Origin: Flaccisagitta enflata
Taxonomy: Eukaryota
DNA length: 64,000 nucleotides
Direction: 5' to 3'
Assembly (NCBI GenBank): GCA_965153355.1
Contig: OZ231126.1
Location: forward strand, 17,670,001-17,734,000
Shown: piece after piece, positions 25,761 to 39,700 of the stretch
Position numbering within the stretch: position 1 is the first letter of the stretch
Layout of the letters: each line of letters begins with the position of its first letter
Program-made: the position numbers and the translations under genes
The notes under the pieces: model-generated
Seen by the model: the letters and a program-made list of their open reading frames with translations, nothing else
Database searches by the model: none
Told to the model about the DNA's origin: nothing

Positions 25761-28364
25761 CCTGCCATCAATAGCAACTGTTACAAAAGGCTGATTCCGA
25801 GTTTCGTCATGCGCGCGAGAAACCCTGACTCTCCGCCATTGTAGAAGTGTCATCGCTTCTTCTGCTGAATTGCATAAGGTCACAAAGGTTTGGTGACATA
25901 CATAACTATTTGGTGTGCCATACTAAACCAATATTTGCCACACCGACTGCCCCTATGGGGTCCAAAACAGGGGTAGAAGGGTCTATTAGGGCCTGTCCCG
26001 ATTCTGTCCCTGCAAGCAAAACGCAAGTTTAACCAATCAAAAAATGTCAATGGGGGTCATCCAATCGCTTGTAAGCAATCACTATCAATCCATTGATATG
26101 TGTGGAAAGTTTGAATTCAATATTTCAACTGTAAGATGACAAAAAATGAATTTGAATTATGGTACTCTTCCCCTTTATTTTTCTGTCATTTTTTTCTAAA
26201 AATGAGTTAGGTAGAAAGTTTTTTTCGTAGGCCTATCTTTACTCAAACATTAAGTATTTTTTCTTTTTCCATTGTATTAAGGACTAGTTGGAGGACCTTT
26301 CCTCCGATTTTCAAGGATTTTTTCCATTCTATTCAAAAGAAATAAGCATTTTCCTGGAGCGTTACAATTCAGAGGTGCTCCTTGTTGTAGCTGTCACACT
26401 TGTGTCACACTATGATTCATACTATGCCACGGCGTAGTAACATAAGTGACGAAAAATTCATCTTCATGATGGGAGAGAAAATCAAATTCTGTACTTGCAC
26501 CTAAAATTTCAACTCTTAACTCCAAATCGTTTGGTCACAGTGAAATTTCAAAGATGATCACTACAAAAAAAAGAATTGAATTGTAACGCTCGCCGACCAA
26601 GCTTTGTAGTTAATTCTTTGTTTCCACACAGCGCTTCTCACACAAATGCGTGATGCTTTTAAGTTTTATTGTGGTAAAATTTCACAAAATTCAAATTTGC
26701 ATATCTCAGGAACTATTTGAGTTACCCCAATGAAATTTTGCATGGTTGGTATCTGGATCAAGAGACTCCTTTGCCTAAATTCTGATGCGACCTAGAGAAT
26801 GTTGAGCAGTCCAACCAGACCAACCAGCCTACCAGATAAAAAAATGAAAAAATGGCATAACTTCTAAAATAATTGACCGATCTGGTTGAAATTTTGCATG
26901 AAGCTTCCTTTAAAGATTCCTCGTCACTGGCATAAAAAAAGAGCATGGGGAAATTTTTTTTCTTCCAACAGCCCACCCAGCCAGAAATGCTACTTATAAA
27001 GATTTTTTTAAAAGACTAAAAAAATTCAAAAAAATTTCAGAAACATGATCACATATGTTTGCTTGAACGTTATCAATAAGAATTTCACTGTCATATTGAT
27101 TTCGTGATTGTATTTAGCTAAATTTTCTAGTAATAAAACTGCCAACAATATCTATTTAAGCCTAATTTGCATGAAAAATGAGCTTACTTAAGAAAATCCA
27201 AGTATGGATTCATATGTAAGAATAGGTGAGCTACATGATGACATATGGTTTTGTTCTATTTTCAAACATGTGAAATTGACGAATTTCATCCCGTCCACGG
27301 TCGGCTTAGCGTGACACTAGTCAAAAGAAACTTTTACAGTGTCTAAAATATTTGTTTTGAGATATTCTGATTGAAGCTGTTTGAAAGATCATGATCTACA
27401 GTTCATTCATGCAAAATTTCAAGCGGTTTGGTTTCTACATGGTATTGAAAACTGACAAGATTTTTACTAAAACAACATTTTTCAATATTTTTTCATATAA
27501 GAACTGTGCTTATTTTTCAAAAGTAGAACATATTGTCCAAATTGGTCAAAAATACTTGTTAGTTCATCAATTTTTTTCATTTTCAAAATTTGTTGGACAT
27601 TTGAAGAAATTTAGTTTAAAATGAAATCTTTTCTGATTCAAAACTTGCTCAAGCTTGCCTTACAACTTTTTCACTCAAAAAGGTGTGGTGGCCAAACCGT
27701 TTGAGCCAGTGCTATGAAATTTTGCACAAAAAAACCGTAAATCATGTTCTTTCAGGCAGCTTCAATCAAAATATCATAAAACAAATATTTTAGCATAACA
27801 GTGATTTGGTCGTATTCTAGCAGGCTCTAATTTGTGAGTTTACCATTATCCAACCCAAGCGATTTAACTGTTAATGAAACATTTTTTTTAATATTTAGTG
27901 ACTTAGGCTCGTAGAAAACTTCGGGCTCACCTGTGGCTGCCTCGCAAGATGTTTGCTCGTTGTAAAACATGAATTGTAATCAAAGGTGAAGCACTATGTC
28001 TCAAGAAAAGCTAAAAATTTGCTCGTCTGTCATCGTTTCTCTGAGTGAAGTGCTCAGAGACAGACACACTGACATACAAAATGACAGTGTCTTTTTGAAA
28101 GTATCTTATTGTATTCTTAGTACTTTTAAACAGTATGTAAAAAACTACTGACCCAAAAACCCACATATTTCGCGATGACTACATAAAAAAATGATCGATA
28201 AAATCTGTCATATCACATTTTACTATTGTATGTGAACTAAAGTCGCTTAGATTCATTAAAGAGAAAAAAAAGTGAAAATTGAAAGTAAACCAAAAAATAC
28301 GGTTCTTTCACCGAGATGGGTACAATAAAGGTTTCTTTTGTAACAGTTGCTATTGATGGCAGGG
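25761..28364. mobile_element. Same MITE in copy 1, expanded by two nested insertions (25789-27322 and about 27793-28320)
   Basis: Same TIRs; the first insertion is flanked by a repeated caaaag; both insertions are absent from 56466-57004. Confidence 0.8.
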
Positions 28365-28535
28365 TATGAAAAAAAGCTCTTTCATGGGGATTCCTAGTCA
28401 TACAAATGTCACTTTAATCGATCGTTTTATGCAATCATTTAACATTTAAATGAGTTGAGCACACCTGAAGCGGGCGCGTACGTCATGTAGAGCTTTCCCG
28501 CCTACGATCAACTTAATCAAAAGCGTCTTTCTTAC

Positions 28536-29171
28536 CTCTCTTCCGTCGCTAATCAACTTGTCGCCGTTACAGCCACCCTTGACGTTTACATTGTCACGGC
28601 TCACGCAATCAGCGCCACTTCCGATCGTGATAATTGATTTTCCCGCTTTTTCCACCGAAGACGACTTCGATGACTCCGCGTGGAAAAACGACGACGAAGA
28701 TGAAGAAGAAGATTCAAAAATCAAATTGTGAATGGAACCGCAGTGAAATCCTCGACGTTTCTCCTTCACACTCAACGTCGTCGACGTCGTCGTCGTTATC
28801 GTCGTCGTCGCCGCCGAAGGAGAGTATGACAACGATGACGTTAACGATGATAAAGATGACACTGGTGAGGTTGGAGACAGAGGAGGCGAGGGAGAAGGAG
28901 TAGGTGGTAGAACGTGGAGACGACTACCGGCGGGATAAGGAGGAGGTTGAGGATGAGGAGCGACGGGAGGTAGTAATCTCGTGGCGCTATGTAAATTAGC
29001 GTTTATCGTCGACGACGTCTCACGTGGAGAGTTGCCGCCTAAGTCACTGCTGTTATTGTTAGTACTGTTGTTAATCCCGTTATTGTTGTTAATATTCCCG
29101 GCGGTGACGGAAGGGAGTAGAATCGAGTTTCTCGGGGAGGACATGAGAATCACTCCGACGGTCGATGCCAT
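28536..29171 (-). CDS. First coding exon of a spliced gene, copy 1; low-complexity Ser/Pro/Asn/Thr-rich N-terminus (MASTVGVILMSSPRN...DGRE)
   Basis: ATG in AACAAAATGG context with an in-frame TAA just upstream. Acceptor ctcattccttccctcgcag gives exon start 29229. Donor GAG|GTAAGA after 212 codons (phase 0). Frame kept in the duplicate. Confidence 0.75.
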
Positions 29172-29441
29172 TTTGTTTTACGGTCGAATCATTTGGCGCG
29201 AATTTTTCGACTTTGAGAGATGGCAGGACCTGCGAGGGAAGGAATGAGAAAAGTTTAGATGGAAGAATAAATCAATAACGGAACATCGCTTGATAAAAAG
29301 GAAGTACAGGGTGCAGGGAAATTTGATATTCAGTGGCCAGTAACTTTTCAACTTTTCAACGCAGGTTTCATCTTTTTCTACATGGATACGATGAATTCAC
29401 AAGATTTAAGACGTCAAAAAGGAACAAAACAAGGCCGGATA

Positions 29442-30046
29442 ACACCCCTTCCATAATTAAGCGAACTGGAAAAAAGGATCCAAATGGATAGTAAAAATGC
29501 ACACAGAGTGATGAAATTCGACACAGAGATAGCTAAGACGTAGAATTTTGACGTAGTAAAGTGATGTAGGGGACTTTCCTGCATATAAAGGGAGATGGAG
29601 GGTCTTTTACCGGAAGTGCAGCGTTAAATTATTGCCAATTTCTGCGGGAAAATTGTTTCAAAGGGGGAGATGTATACCTTCCAGCATTTTGAGAAGATAG
29701 GATGCAAAAAATCCGCCATATATCGTGTAATGAGGTCAGTTGATGCAGAAGAGACAGTGGCACAGGAGGAGGGGCAGGGGAAGCCGCATAAACTGACAAA
29801 AGCCCAGGAAAAGAAGGTGACATATTGAGATCATGGCCAGAGAGGGCCTTTATGTGACTTTTCACTAATTTGCATAATTCAGCTCATAAGGAGATAGCCG
29901 TTTATATTTTTAAGTCATTTTTTGCATTATGTTGATGAAATTTACCGATGTTGATGTTTTACATTGTTTGAATTGATAATACACCTATTTATCAACCCTT
30001 AAACAGCTCCTTTTCATCCCAGTTCGCCTAATTATGGAAGGGGTGT
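29442..30046 (+). mobile_element. Internally deleted Tc1/mariner-superfamily element
   Basis: TIR ACACCCCTTCCATAATTA; TA TSD inside a HINE, empty in copy 2. Relic ORF 29595-29828 with one internal stop, ...KSAIYRVMRS...GQGKPHKL, resembles the HTH plus GRPR linker. Confidence 0.88.
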
Positions 30047-30314
30047 TACACGGCAACCTCAGTCGCGCGCGGGTGGACAGGGGCCACATTTGAGGTCACT
30101 AGACCATTTAGGCAAGAGCAATGAGGTCAAAAAATAAAAATCATAAAAAAAGTAAAAAAAGTAAAATGTGACCTACCAACCGACCGACGGAAAAAGCGGG
30201 GTGTAGAGTCGCGTAGCACGCGACTAAAAAACTTTTTGCAATGAAATAAAAGAAAGAAAGAAAGAAAGAACGGAAGAACGAAAGAACGGAAGAACGAAAG
30301 AACGAATGATTGAA

Positions 30315-30394
<80 letters not shown>

Positions 30395-30787
30395 AAACAA
30401 GGTCGGACACACGGGTACCCCAGTTGCGGGCGGGTAGGAAGGAGCCATATTTGAGGTCACTCGAGCATTTGGGCAGGAGCAGCGAGGCCAAAAGACGAAC
30501 CGGCGGACGGACGGAAAAAGCGGGGTGTAGAGTAGCGTAGCATGCGACGAAAAAGAAAAAGAGAGAAAGAAGGAAAAACAGACAGACAGACAGGCAGACA
30601 GACAGAAAAGAAAAAAAAAGAAAAAATGAAAAGGAAGAAAAAAAGAACAATAAGGGTGAAGAAAAAGATGAGAGAAAAAAAAAGAAAGATAGCGAGTGGC
30701 AACGAGAGGTGTTTTTTTTTTCATGGCAGAACCGTCATAACAGCTTTTTTTTATAGCCACCTGTATTTACAATAACGACCATCGCAA

Positions 30788-31302
30788 TCGAGTGTGTCAA
30801 TATATAAAAGGTCTTTTGATCAGCTCATCATCATCAGGGAGTATGAAGACACTAATTACAAGACACTTACCATTTTTATTTTTTTCAATTTCAATCATCT
30901 TCCGTTTTTTTAGCGCGAGTAAAGATTGTCAAAAATATATATACTTTTAGCGACTCTACCCAGTTTTGTTGAAAATGAGACTGATATATCATTCAAAAAA
31001 TTATGTTTTTTTTTTGTTGCTATTTCTTCTTATGAAAAGTAAAATATTTTGACCAATTCTTTTTAGATTAAAGAATAAGATAAGGAATGGGTTCTGATTT
31101 TTATTCTTATGATCAAGAATCCCGATGCAAAACCAGCTGCACTACAATATACAAATTAGGGGCTAAATGGAGATTTGAAAAAAACGGAAGATGAATGAAA
31201 TTAAGAAAAACAAAAATGGTAAGTACCTTAGAATTAGTGTCCCAACACTCCTTGATGATGACGATCTGATCAAAAAAGTTTTTTAAATTTTGACACACCC
31301 GA
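30788..31302. mobile_element. MULE/Mutator-like MITE
   Basis: 9-bp TSD CCATCGCAA; imperfect TIRs of about 125 bp starting TCGAGTGTGTCAA; absent from copy 2. Confidence 0.85.
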
Positions 31303-32683
31303 CCATCGCAACCATAAGATGAAAATGACAGCAACAGAAGCACACTTTAAGTCCTTGCTTTGATTCACATGTTGATGTTGTTCTTGTATTTTCGTGTTGT
31401 TTTCATCCAGTTGTCGTTGCTGTCGATTACAGTTTAAGATCATTCTAATGAAATTCAGCAGAATATTTTGTTACGGAGATTTTCTTTACCGTCAATGTAT
31501 AGAATGAAAGAAATTCTTTGAAGGACTTGTTTACTTCTTTGTAGGCTATATTTCGTTATAGAAGTGTTCGTTAGAACGTTTTTCACTTTACGCTGTTGTT
31601 ATTTCCATCTCAATTAGGCAAAAAAGTGACTTGTTACTTTAAGCGTTGATTTTCTCAATGTTACGCAATGGGCCTATAGAGTTGATATCCGTACATTCAA
31701 AGTGAACACGGGCAATGCACTCGGGAACTTAGTTTATACATCAACGTAAAAGCTTTCCATCAACTTCAGGCAAAGCAAAAGACAAAAAAACTTAGATAAG
31801 GAAAATGTCATTGCTATAAAAAAATGGGGAAAATAAGTAACATTATTCGCAGAGGCATCCGATGGATAGCGGTGCCTGTTGTTCTGAGTTTAAATGGGGA
31901 TACCTAATGCATAATGTGGCGAGAGGAGCAGCTGCCCCAAAGAAGCTAATAACTTAAACAAGGCTGAGATTTGATCCTCGAGGCTGAGATTTGACCCTGG
32001 GGGTAGTGGGGGTAAGGATATGAGCTTGATATTTGCGCCTTGAAGCCATGAGGCTCTGATTTACTTCTGTAATGGCCCAAATTTAAGCTTTGAGGATGAC
32101 GTTTCAGTTTCAAGGCTGGGATTTGAGCCCTCTCAAAGGAGGTAGCTGATCGGAAGAGAAACAGGTCGCCCAAGTGCAATATGTGGTCAGCGATACCCGT
32201 TGCCCTGCTTTGCATGGTTGTGAATTGGAATGAGAGGAAGCACGGCAGCAGCCCTGAAAGGGATGAAGTCCTGTAGAACACAGGGGGACTTTTGTTTGTC
32301 CATCTGTTTGTTCGTCCGTCCGTCTGTCAGCACCCCCAAGCCCTCTCAGGCCTTGAATTTGCCCTCTCAGGCCTGAAATCTGCTCTCTCAGGCCTTGAAT
32401 CGGAGAGAGGGCAGATTTAAGCAAACAAAATTCAGTAGGGGTGGTGTAATGTTTAAAGTCGCTTTAAGATGCGTATACGTACATTAAATACCAATTGTAT
32501 CAGCAAGCTATGCTTTATTCTATTTCATTTTTTATTCTTTTTTACAAAATACTTCTCAAGGCCTAAAATCGAATGAGAGAAAAAACGAAGAAAATAATTT
32601 TAGGGGAGCAGAAATCAGAGGCGATCAATATCCGTCCAAAATCCAAATCCTGGCTTACGAAGAAGAGATAGAACAGACGTTAG

Positions 32684-32792
<109 letters not shown>

Positions 32793-33056
32793 GCGCAGAG
32801 AGTGAAGGAGAAAAGTAAAAGAATGAAAAACAAGGCCAAGTAACCAAAAAGGTGCGCCGGGTTGATCGTTAAACGTTTGCGGACAGACCAACCAACCGAC
32901 AAACGCACAGACACGACCGTGTATTGAGGTGCGTAAGCGCAACTAAAAAGAACGAGGCCGGATACACGGCAATCCAGTCGCGGACGGAGCAGTAATGCGA
33001 AAACCGCTCGGAATTCAAAAATGTGACGGACCTACTGACCGACCTACCGACCTATA

Positions 33057-33666
33057 CGCTGAGGAGAATACACTTTTTTTCATGCAGGGACCCAGAGGAG
33101 GGCCCAGATTTCTTTTATTTGATGTAACTAAGCTATTTCAAAAATTTCAGTACCATAGCCGTTCTCAAACATTCATCATATTGCATCTGAAAAATAGCTC
33201 ATCATTAAGGGGGCTAAAATTTAAAAATCATTTTTCCTCAAATCTGATGCCAGATTCAGATTCCTTGTAAAAAATTATGTCAGATACTATATTTTCTTTT
33301 TTCAAAATTTTGATTTAAAGCTGAAAAAATGCAAAAAACCTCCAAAAATAAGGTTTTTTAAAAAACAAGGTCTTTTTAGAGGTTTTTTGCATTTTTTTCA
33401 GCTTAAAAACAAAATTTTGAGAAAAAGAAACATAGTATCTGACATAATTTTTTACAAGGAATCAGAATCTGGCATCAGTTTTGAGGTAAAATGATTTTGA
33501 ATTTTTGGCCCCCTTAAGGATGAGTCATTTTTCAAGTGCAATATGATGAAGGTTCAAGAACATATATGGTCCTGAAATCTTTAGAATACATTTGTTACAT
33601 CAAAATGAAAAAAATCTGGGCCCTCCTCTGGGTCCCTGCATAAAAAAAAGTGTATTCTCCTCAGCG
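33057..33666. mobile_element. TA-flanked foldback MITE nested in a HINE (32950-33722)
   Basis: CGCTGAGGAGAATACACTTTTTT / AAAAAAGTGTATTCTCCTCAGCG; near full-length inverted repeat; HINE and MITE both absent from copy 2. Confidence 0.9.
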
Positions 33667-33797
33667 TAACCGACCTATCGACCGACACGACAAGGTGTAG
33701 AGTCGCGTGTCCGCGACTAAAAAGAGAGATAAAGGGAAAATGAACGGATAGATGAATCAAAGGAAGCAAGAAAGAAAGAAAGATAGAAAGAAAGAAA

Positions 33798-33883
<86 letters not shown>

Positions 33884-33900
33884 GGGAAAGAAAGAAAGAA

Positions 33901-33980
<80 letters not shown>

Positions 33981-34552
33981 AGGAAAGAAAGAAGGAAAGA
34001 AAGACGGAAAGGAAAAAATGCTTAAAACGGAAAAGAAACCCCAACCGAAAAAAAATTCTTGGAAAATCTAATTTACAGGGAAAGTTGAAATGCCAGAAAT
34101 TCCGTGGAAGAAAACAACAAGGACCTCGTTTTTTAAAACTAACTAATAATTAAGGCGAGGAAACCGGACCTTATAAGCAAACGGCCTTAGACTAAGATGG
34201 GAAGAGCCGGGAGAGGAGAAAAATTTGTAAGAGGGGGAAGGGGTGGAGAGGAGAAAGAAGATGTAAGGGGGAGGGAGAGAAGAAAGAAGAAAGATGCGAT
34301 TTTGCATATAACCCCGCGGAATGATCCGCGTGTTAAAAGGAATGACTAAGTGCAAAGTCACTTCAAGGTCATTTGGCACGAGGAGGTAAAAAAAGGGGTA
34401 CACGCGAGGGCAAATTGCCGATAGTCAGAGTCACGGAAAACATGTTGGGTAATGGCTTTTGCCGGAAATGGACGAGGCGGAAACACCGGAAACGCCGTTG
34501 AAAAAAAAAGTACAGTTTGGGGGGAAACATTGCCGGAAGCGCGCAGGAATTG

Positions 34553-34653
<101 letters not shown>

Positions 34654-34878
34654 CAGACAGACAGACAGACCGACAAGACGAACAGAAACAGAGAATAGTA
34701 TCTGAAAAGCCAGATAGATAGAGAGAAATTAGACAAACAAAACGAAAGACAGACAGACCGACCGACAGACAGAGAGGAATCAGAAAAACATAAAGAGTAA
34801 GAGAGAAGATGGACAAGCAGGAAGAAAGAAAAACAGACAGACAAGCAGATATTCATGCAGACAGATCAAAAACTGAGA

Positions 34879-35049
<171 letters not shown>

Positions 35050-36111
35050 TGAGACAGAAAATCAATGAAAAGGCGCCGGATGAAGTCGAAACGAACAAAA
35101 CGAAGAATTGTGTAATCCGAAGAAAAAGAAAAATATTCATTCACCGAAACCTCGATGAGAAAAAGCGCTAAAGGAAAAATAAGACGAACGCCTAGTTGAT
35201 ATTTATATTTCCCCGGAAAATGTGCATTCATTTTCCTCCGATTCTCAAATCTACCCCTTTTTGCCCAATTCCCTTCCGCTCTTCACTACACTCTTCCTTA
35301 TTAACCTTCCCTCCCACTCCTTCTCTCAGATTGGCTTCGTCTCTCTTCTTTTCTCCGTCGTTCCTATTTCTGCTATCGATGACTTTTTTTTCTTTATCCC
35401 CCTCGGCAAAAAAGCCCCTTTTGAACCCGGGCCAAGGGAGAAATATCTAGGGCTAGTTTGCGGATTCGTTTAGAAAGCCTCTAGAACATTCCCGCCGAAA
35501 CGAAAAACAAGTCGTTTAAAACTGAAAAGTGAGGTTTCGATTTTTGGTCGCGTGCAAGCGATTATACACGCCACTTCTTTCGGCGGTTTGTCAATTGTTA
35601 TTTTTTTTTCTAAATGAATGTGGTATGGCATTTGAGGTGATAAGCATGAAGACAAACGTCAGAATTGGCTTTTTTTTGCATTTTAAACCTTTTCGTGATG
35701 AACAAACCAACCGAACGAACGACCGACGGAACGACCGACGGACGGACCTCTTGTAGAAGTGCGAGGACGCACGTAAGAAGAAAAAAAAAAAGAAACGAGA
35801 GCAAAACATTAAAACGAAAAGAAAATGAAAGAGAGAAATATAACTTATAAGCAGAACGAGGAGAATTTTAACGGTTAGAAACGTGGAAAGTGATTGAAAA
35901 TTACGTGTCAATTGCAAATTAACCACGTCAATGCATTGTCAGAGAAGGCGAAGAAAAAAAGACTGCTGTCATGTTTGATACGTGTTTTGCGCCGGAGATT
36001 ATTCTTTCTTTTCTTGAAGAAATAAACGTCAATTTAATTCCGCAGTCCGATCCGGCCAAAAAATTGTCGTTTGTCAGATCTCTCTTCTTGTTGTTTTTTT
36101 TTAAGCAATAA

Positions 36112-36723
36112 GTCACAGTGCAAACGAGTACGCAATTTGACAAGTCAAAACGATTTATATGATATTTTTTATCTTATCTATTCAAAGAATTTTTATGTAG
36201 ATAAAGGATTTGTGGTTGGTAATCATCCATTTTTTGCATAGAAAAACGTTTTTCTGTACCATATGCTTAGGAAATGTAAGAAAAAAGCATGCGAAATCAA
36301 TGGATTTTCAACAAAAATTGATTCTTGTGCATTGACATGTCTCGCGTAAAAAACCGAATCTATCTCTGAATTCAAAATTTTGCATTTTGAAAAACATGGC
36401 ATCAGTCTAAACACTTCTAAGAAACAGGCCATGTGTTTAGAAATGCAAAATTTTGCATTCAGAGACAGATTCGGTTTTTTACGTGGCAACATCTAATGTT
36501 TTCCGTGCAATTTTTTTCCAAGAATTCTGTTGTTTCACTGAGTATGCTGCGACTTTACCGATGCGAGATCAATACCATTGGTCAGTTAACCGGTTTTTGA
36601 TTAATTTAGGGAGTATAAAGCATGCATAACATTTCAGTTTTTGCCACATTTCCGCTGCATAGCAGCGTATTCTATCACAGTACAGAACGATTTGTCAAAT
36701 TTGGCGCTGTTCTGCACCACGAC
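36112..36723 (-). mobile_element. Second copy of the GTC...GAC element, TSD ATAA
   Basis: Filled site agca-ATAA-[element]-ATAA-agaaac versus empty agcaataaagaaac in copy 2 (about 63821). Confidence 0.92.
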
Positions 36724-39700
36724 ATAAAGAAACGCATTTTTGACGAGTATTTTCAAAATGAATTTCCACAATAGGCGAATTTTCACTAGAAGCGCGTTCG
36801 AAAGGGCGCGATTCAATCTTGTTCTTAAACAATCGGATCTGTTGTTGGTCGACGACCTAGATTCAGCCAGAGAAAGGCGAGCCAGTAAACGTTTTAGATT
36901 TGTTTAGGCCATCATTCACTTTGTTTTGCGTCGTTGTCGTGCCGAAGAGTAAAAATAGGTGAAAGGTTGTTTTCAGAGGCAATCTCTAAATTTCCACACT
37001 ACAATGGTGGTCGGCAGGATCAGGAGGAGGCCGGAGGCAGCACGGGCGCAGAAATATGATTTTGGAAATGTAGCTCTACCTAGGAAATAATTATAGCATC
37101 AACTTCTACTTAAAATAACTACAGATTCAATTTTGAAAAACTAGAACTGATATGCATAGTGACTAGTTAGTGAAGGTTCACAAGGCTCTCTTCATGTGAT
37201 TCAGTTTGGTTTTTGTGAGGGATATCGCTCTACAGCACTGGTCATTGCTCAATGAATGGTACATAGAACTAGTAACCACCCCTCTAGGTCAAAATGGGGT
37301 CCTAGCTTTCATTTCAGAGGTAATATGACGACTTAAGCCTTTTGGCTAGCTGTTCCAAGCAAAAAAAGGTACAATTTTACTAAACTACAGGTAGCATGGG
37401 TCAAATGAAGTCAAGGTATACAGGCGGCTAGATGACATGAAAATTGTATACAATAAACAAAGGCCGTTTTCAACTAAGGGGTGAAAAGAGAATAAAAAAT
37501 AGATTTATGATGGTCAATAAAATCAATGATAATCATTGAAATGTCAAAAAACTATGATTCATCACTAGATAAATCTATTCTTAGACAGTTGCAATATGTT
37601 TATCACAGTTTTATAAAACTGCTATACGTGATCGTTCAAAATCATAATTTACTGCAATATGCAAATGAGCTTTTTGGACTTTTTAGCTTATGTATCTCCA
37701 TCATTACGGAAAGCCAACAATTCACAATATAGATGCAACTTTATTCAAAGTAATTGCTATATCAGTATATCAGTGTATCAGTTAGGCAGTTGTATGCCTA
37801 ATAAAGGTGAACATTGAAAGGAAAATGATACTACATAATGAATGGCTCTGTTGATGTAGGGTGCACTTTCACACATTAAATCAATGTATTGTAGACTTTT
37901 ATCTGTGTAAAAGAAAAGCGTGCTAACAGCATGTGATAGTCGCAAAAGCGTTTCATGGGCAGCGCTACCCGATGCCCCTTAGTGTATGTGGGAATGAGAT
38001 GATGAGAGGGGCAGCGGCCCCGAAGGGGCCGATGACCCATGATTTCATAAAGGGCAACTTTCTCTGGTTTGAGAAGCTGCTTTGGGGGGCTGAGAGGCCT
38101 GATTTTGGGTTTGAGAAGCGTGGTTTGGGGTCTGAGAAGCTTGATTTGGGGTCTGAAAGGCCTGATTTGGGGTCTGAATGGCCAGTGCTAGGGTCTGAGA
38201 GGCCTGATTTGGGATCTGAGAGGCGTGGTTTAGGGTCTGGGTGGCCTGATTTGGGGTCTGAGAGGCCTGATTTGTGCAGGTCTGAATTGGGGTCTGAAAA
38301 GCCTAATTTGGGATCTCAGAGGCCTGTTTGGAGGCTTTGAGGGGGGTACGGACACACGGAAACCAGAGAAAATTGTACTGAAAACGATTTGTAATTTCAT
38401 GATGGAGAGTACAGTGCAGAGAAGCAAAGATGAACAATTTTGCCAAAATTTTTGATAACCACTTTGGGCGTCATCATCAGAGGCAGAATGAGAGAATGAG
38501 AGAGAGGAGGAGAATTTAAAGTGGAAAGAGAGACAATTGGGGATTGGAGAGAGAGGAGAGAGACAGATGGATTAGTCAAATGACCAGAAAGCCCAAGAAG
38601 GGCTGGGCCCCCGCCCCCCTGCTGCACCAGCTGCACTAGTCCATGGTGTTGAAGATGGGATTCCATGCATCGGTTTTAACTTATGACCCCCAGTCTTTGT
38701 TCATTCCTCTTCCTAGTCCGCAATCATAGGAGAATTCTCAGAACACTCGTTGCTTAGGTGATGCTTATATTGTCTCAGTCTTAGCAAGACTAGATTTTTT
38801 TTCAAGATCATTTTTTTCCTGATTGAGAACTAGAAAAATCTGTCACTCCTCGGGCTGAGAAGAGAAAAAAATACTCTACTGGAATTCTTAATGGATAACT
38901 TATTCAGGCGAATATATTGACCAGCCAGAGCAGGGACTGAAATTGAACAAAGGTAAATAAAACAATTAAAAGAGAGCTTCCTCGACTTTCAGGTTGTAGT
39001 ACAGTTTTTTTTTTTTTTTTTTGTCTGTCATAGTTTGGACAACTTCAAAGTTGGATATATCAAATGGCTCATCACAGTCCTAATAGTGTTGACTTATGCC
39101 ACTGTGGGAGGAGCAAAGTAGGTGGGCACGGCAGAGTTTGCCTTTGAAAGTGGCTATTTTGGTTTGGGGGTTTTGGCAAGACTCCGACTTTTCCCAGCTC
39201 ATAACAAGCTTTACAAAGGACAAAAAATGTATGTGGTTGGGCAGGGGCAGCGCTAAAAGATGATAATCACACATTTACATACAAAACTCAATCTGCCATA
39301 TCAGGACCAAAGCAACAGTAATTCAACAAGTAAGGCAGGGTTACCATAACGCACAGCAGCCAATTCTTTTAGTGAAGATCAACTAGCTGGACAAATATTG
39401 ACCTCACTATGATTTTTCAATTCTGGTTCAATCCATAAAAATTTGATAACACTTGTCGTATCCACTGATCCTGTAGCACTTTTTAGTAGCATAATCATGC
39501 ATAGTCATGCAAATTCTTTGGAAAGTCCTCCATCAGAGGGATATGACTTAAAATCACGAACACAGATCAACCACAACAAAAATTTGGTCCTGGAACCTTT
39601 AAAAATTACTGCTGCCACCCCCTTCATATCCCAAAGAAGATGTACAGAAAAGATTGTTGCCTATGTTTAAATATAGGAAAGGGGCCCGCGCCAATTCAAA

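Noticed and set aside
28715-28755. FHCGSIHNLI as an eh1 (FxIxxIL) corepressor motif
   Set aside because: The spacing does not match the consensus and no DNA-binding domain is seen.
37003-38666. Short ORFs (MVVGRIRRRPEAARAQKY... and 38397-38666) as a divergent gene
   Set aside because: Short, with no homology cues and no consistent exon chain.
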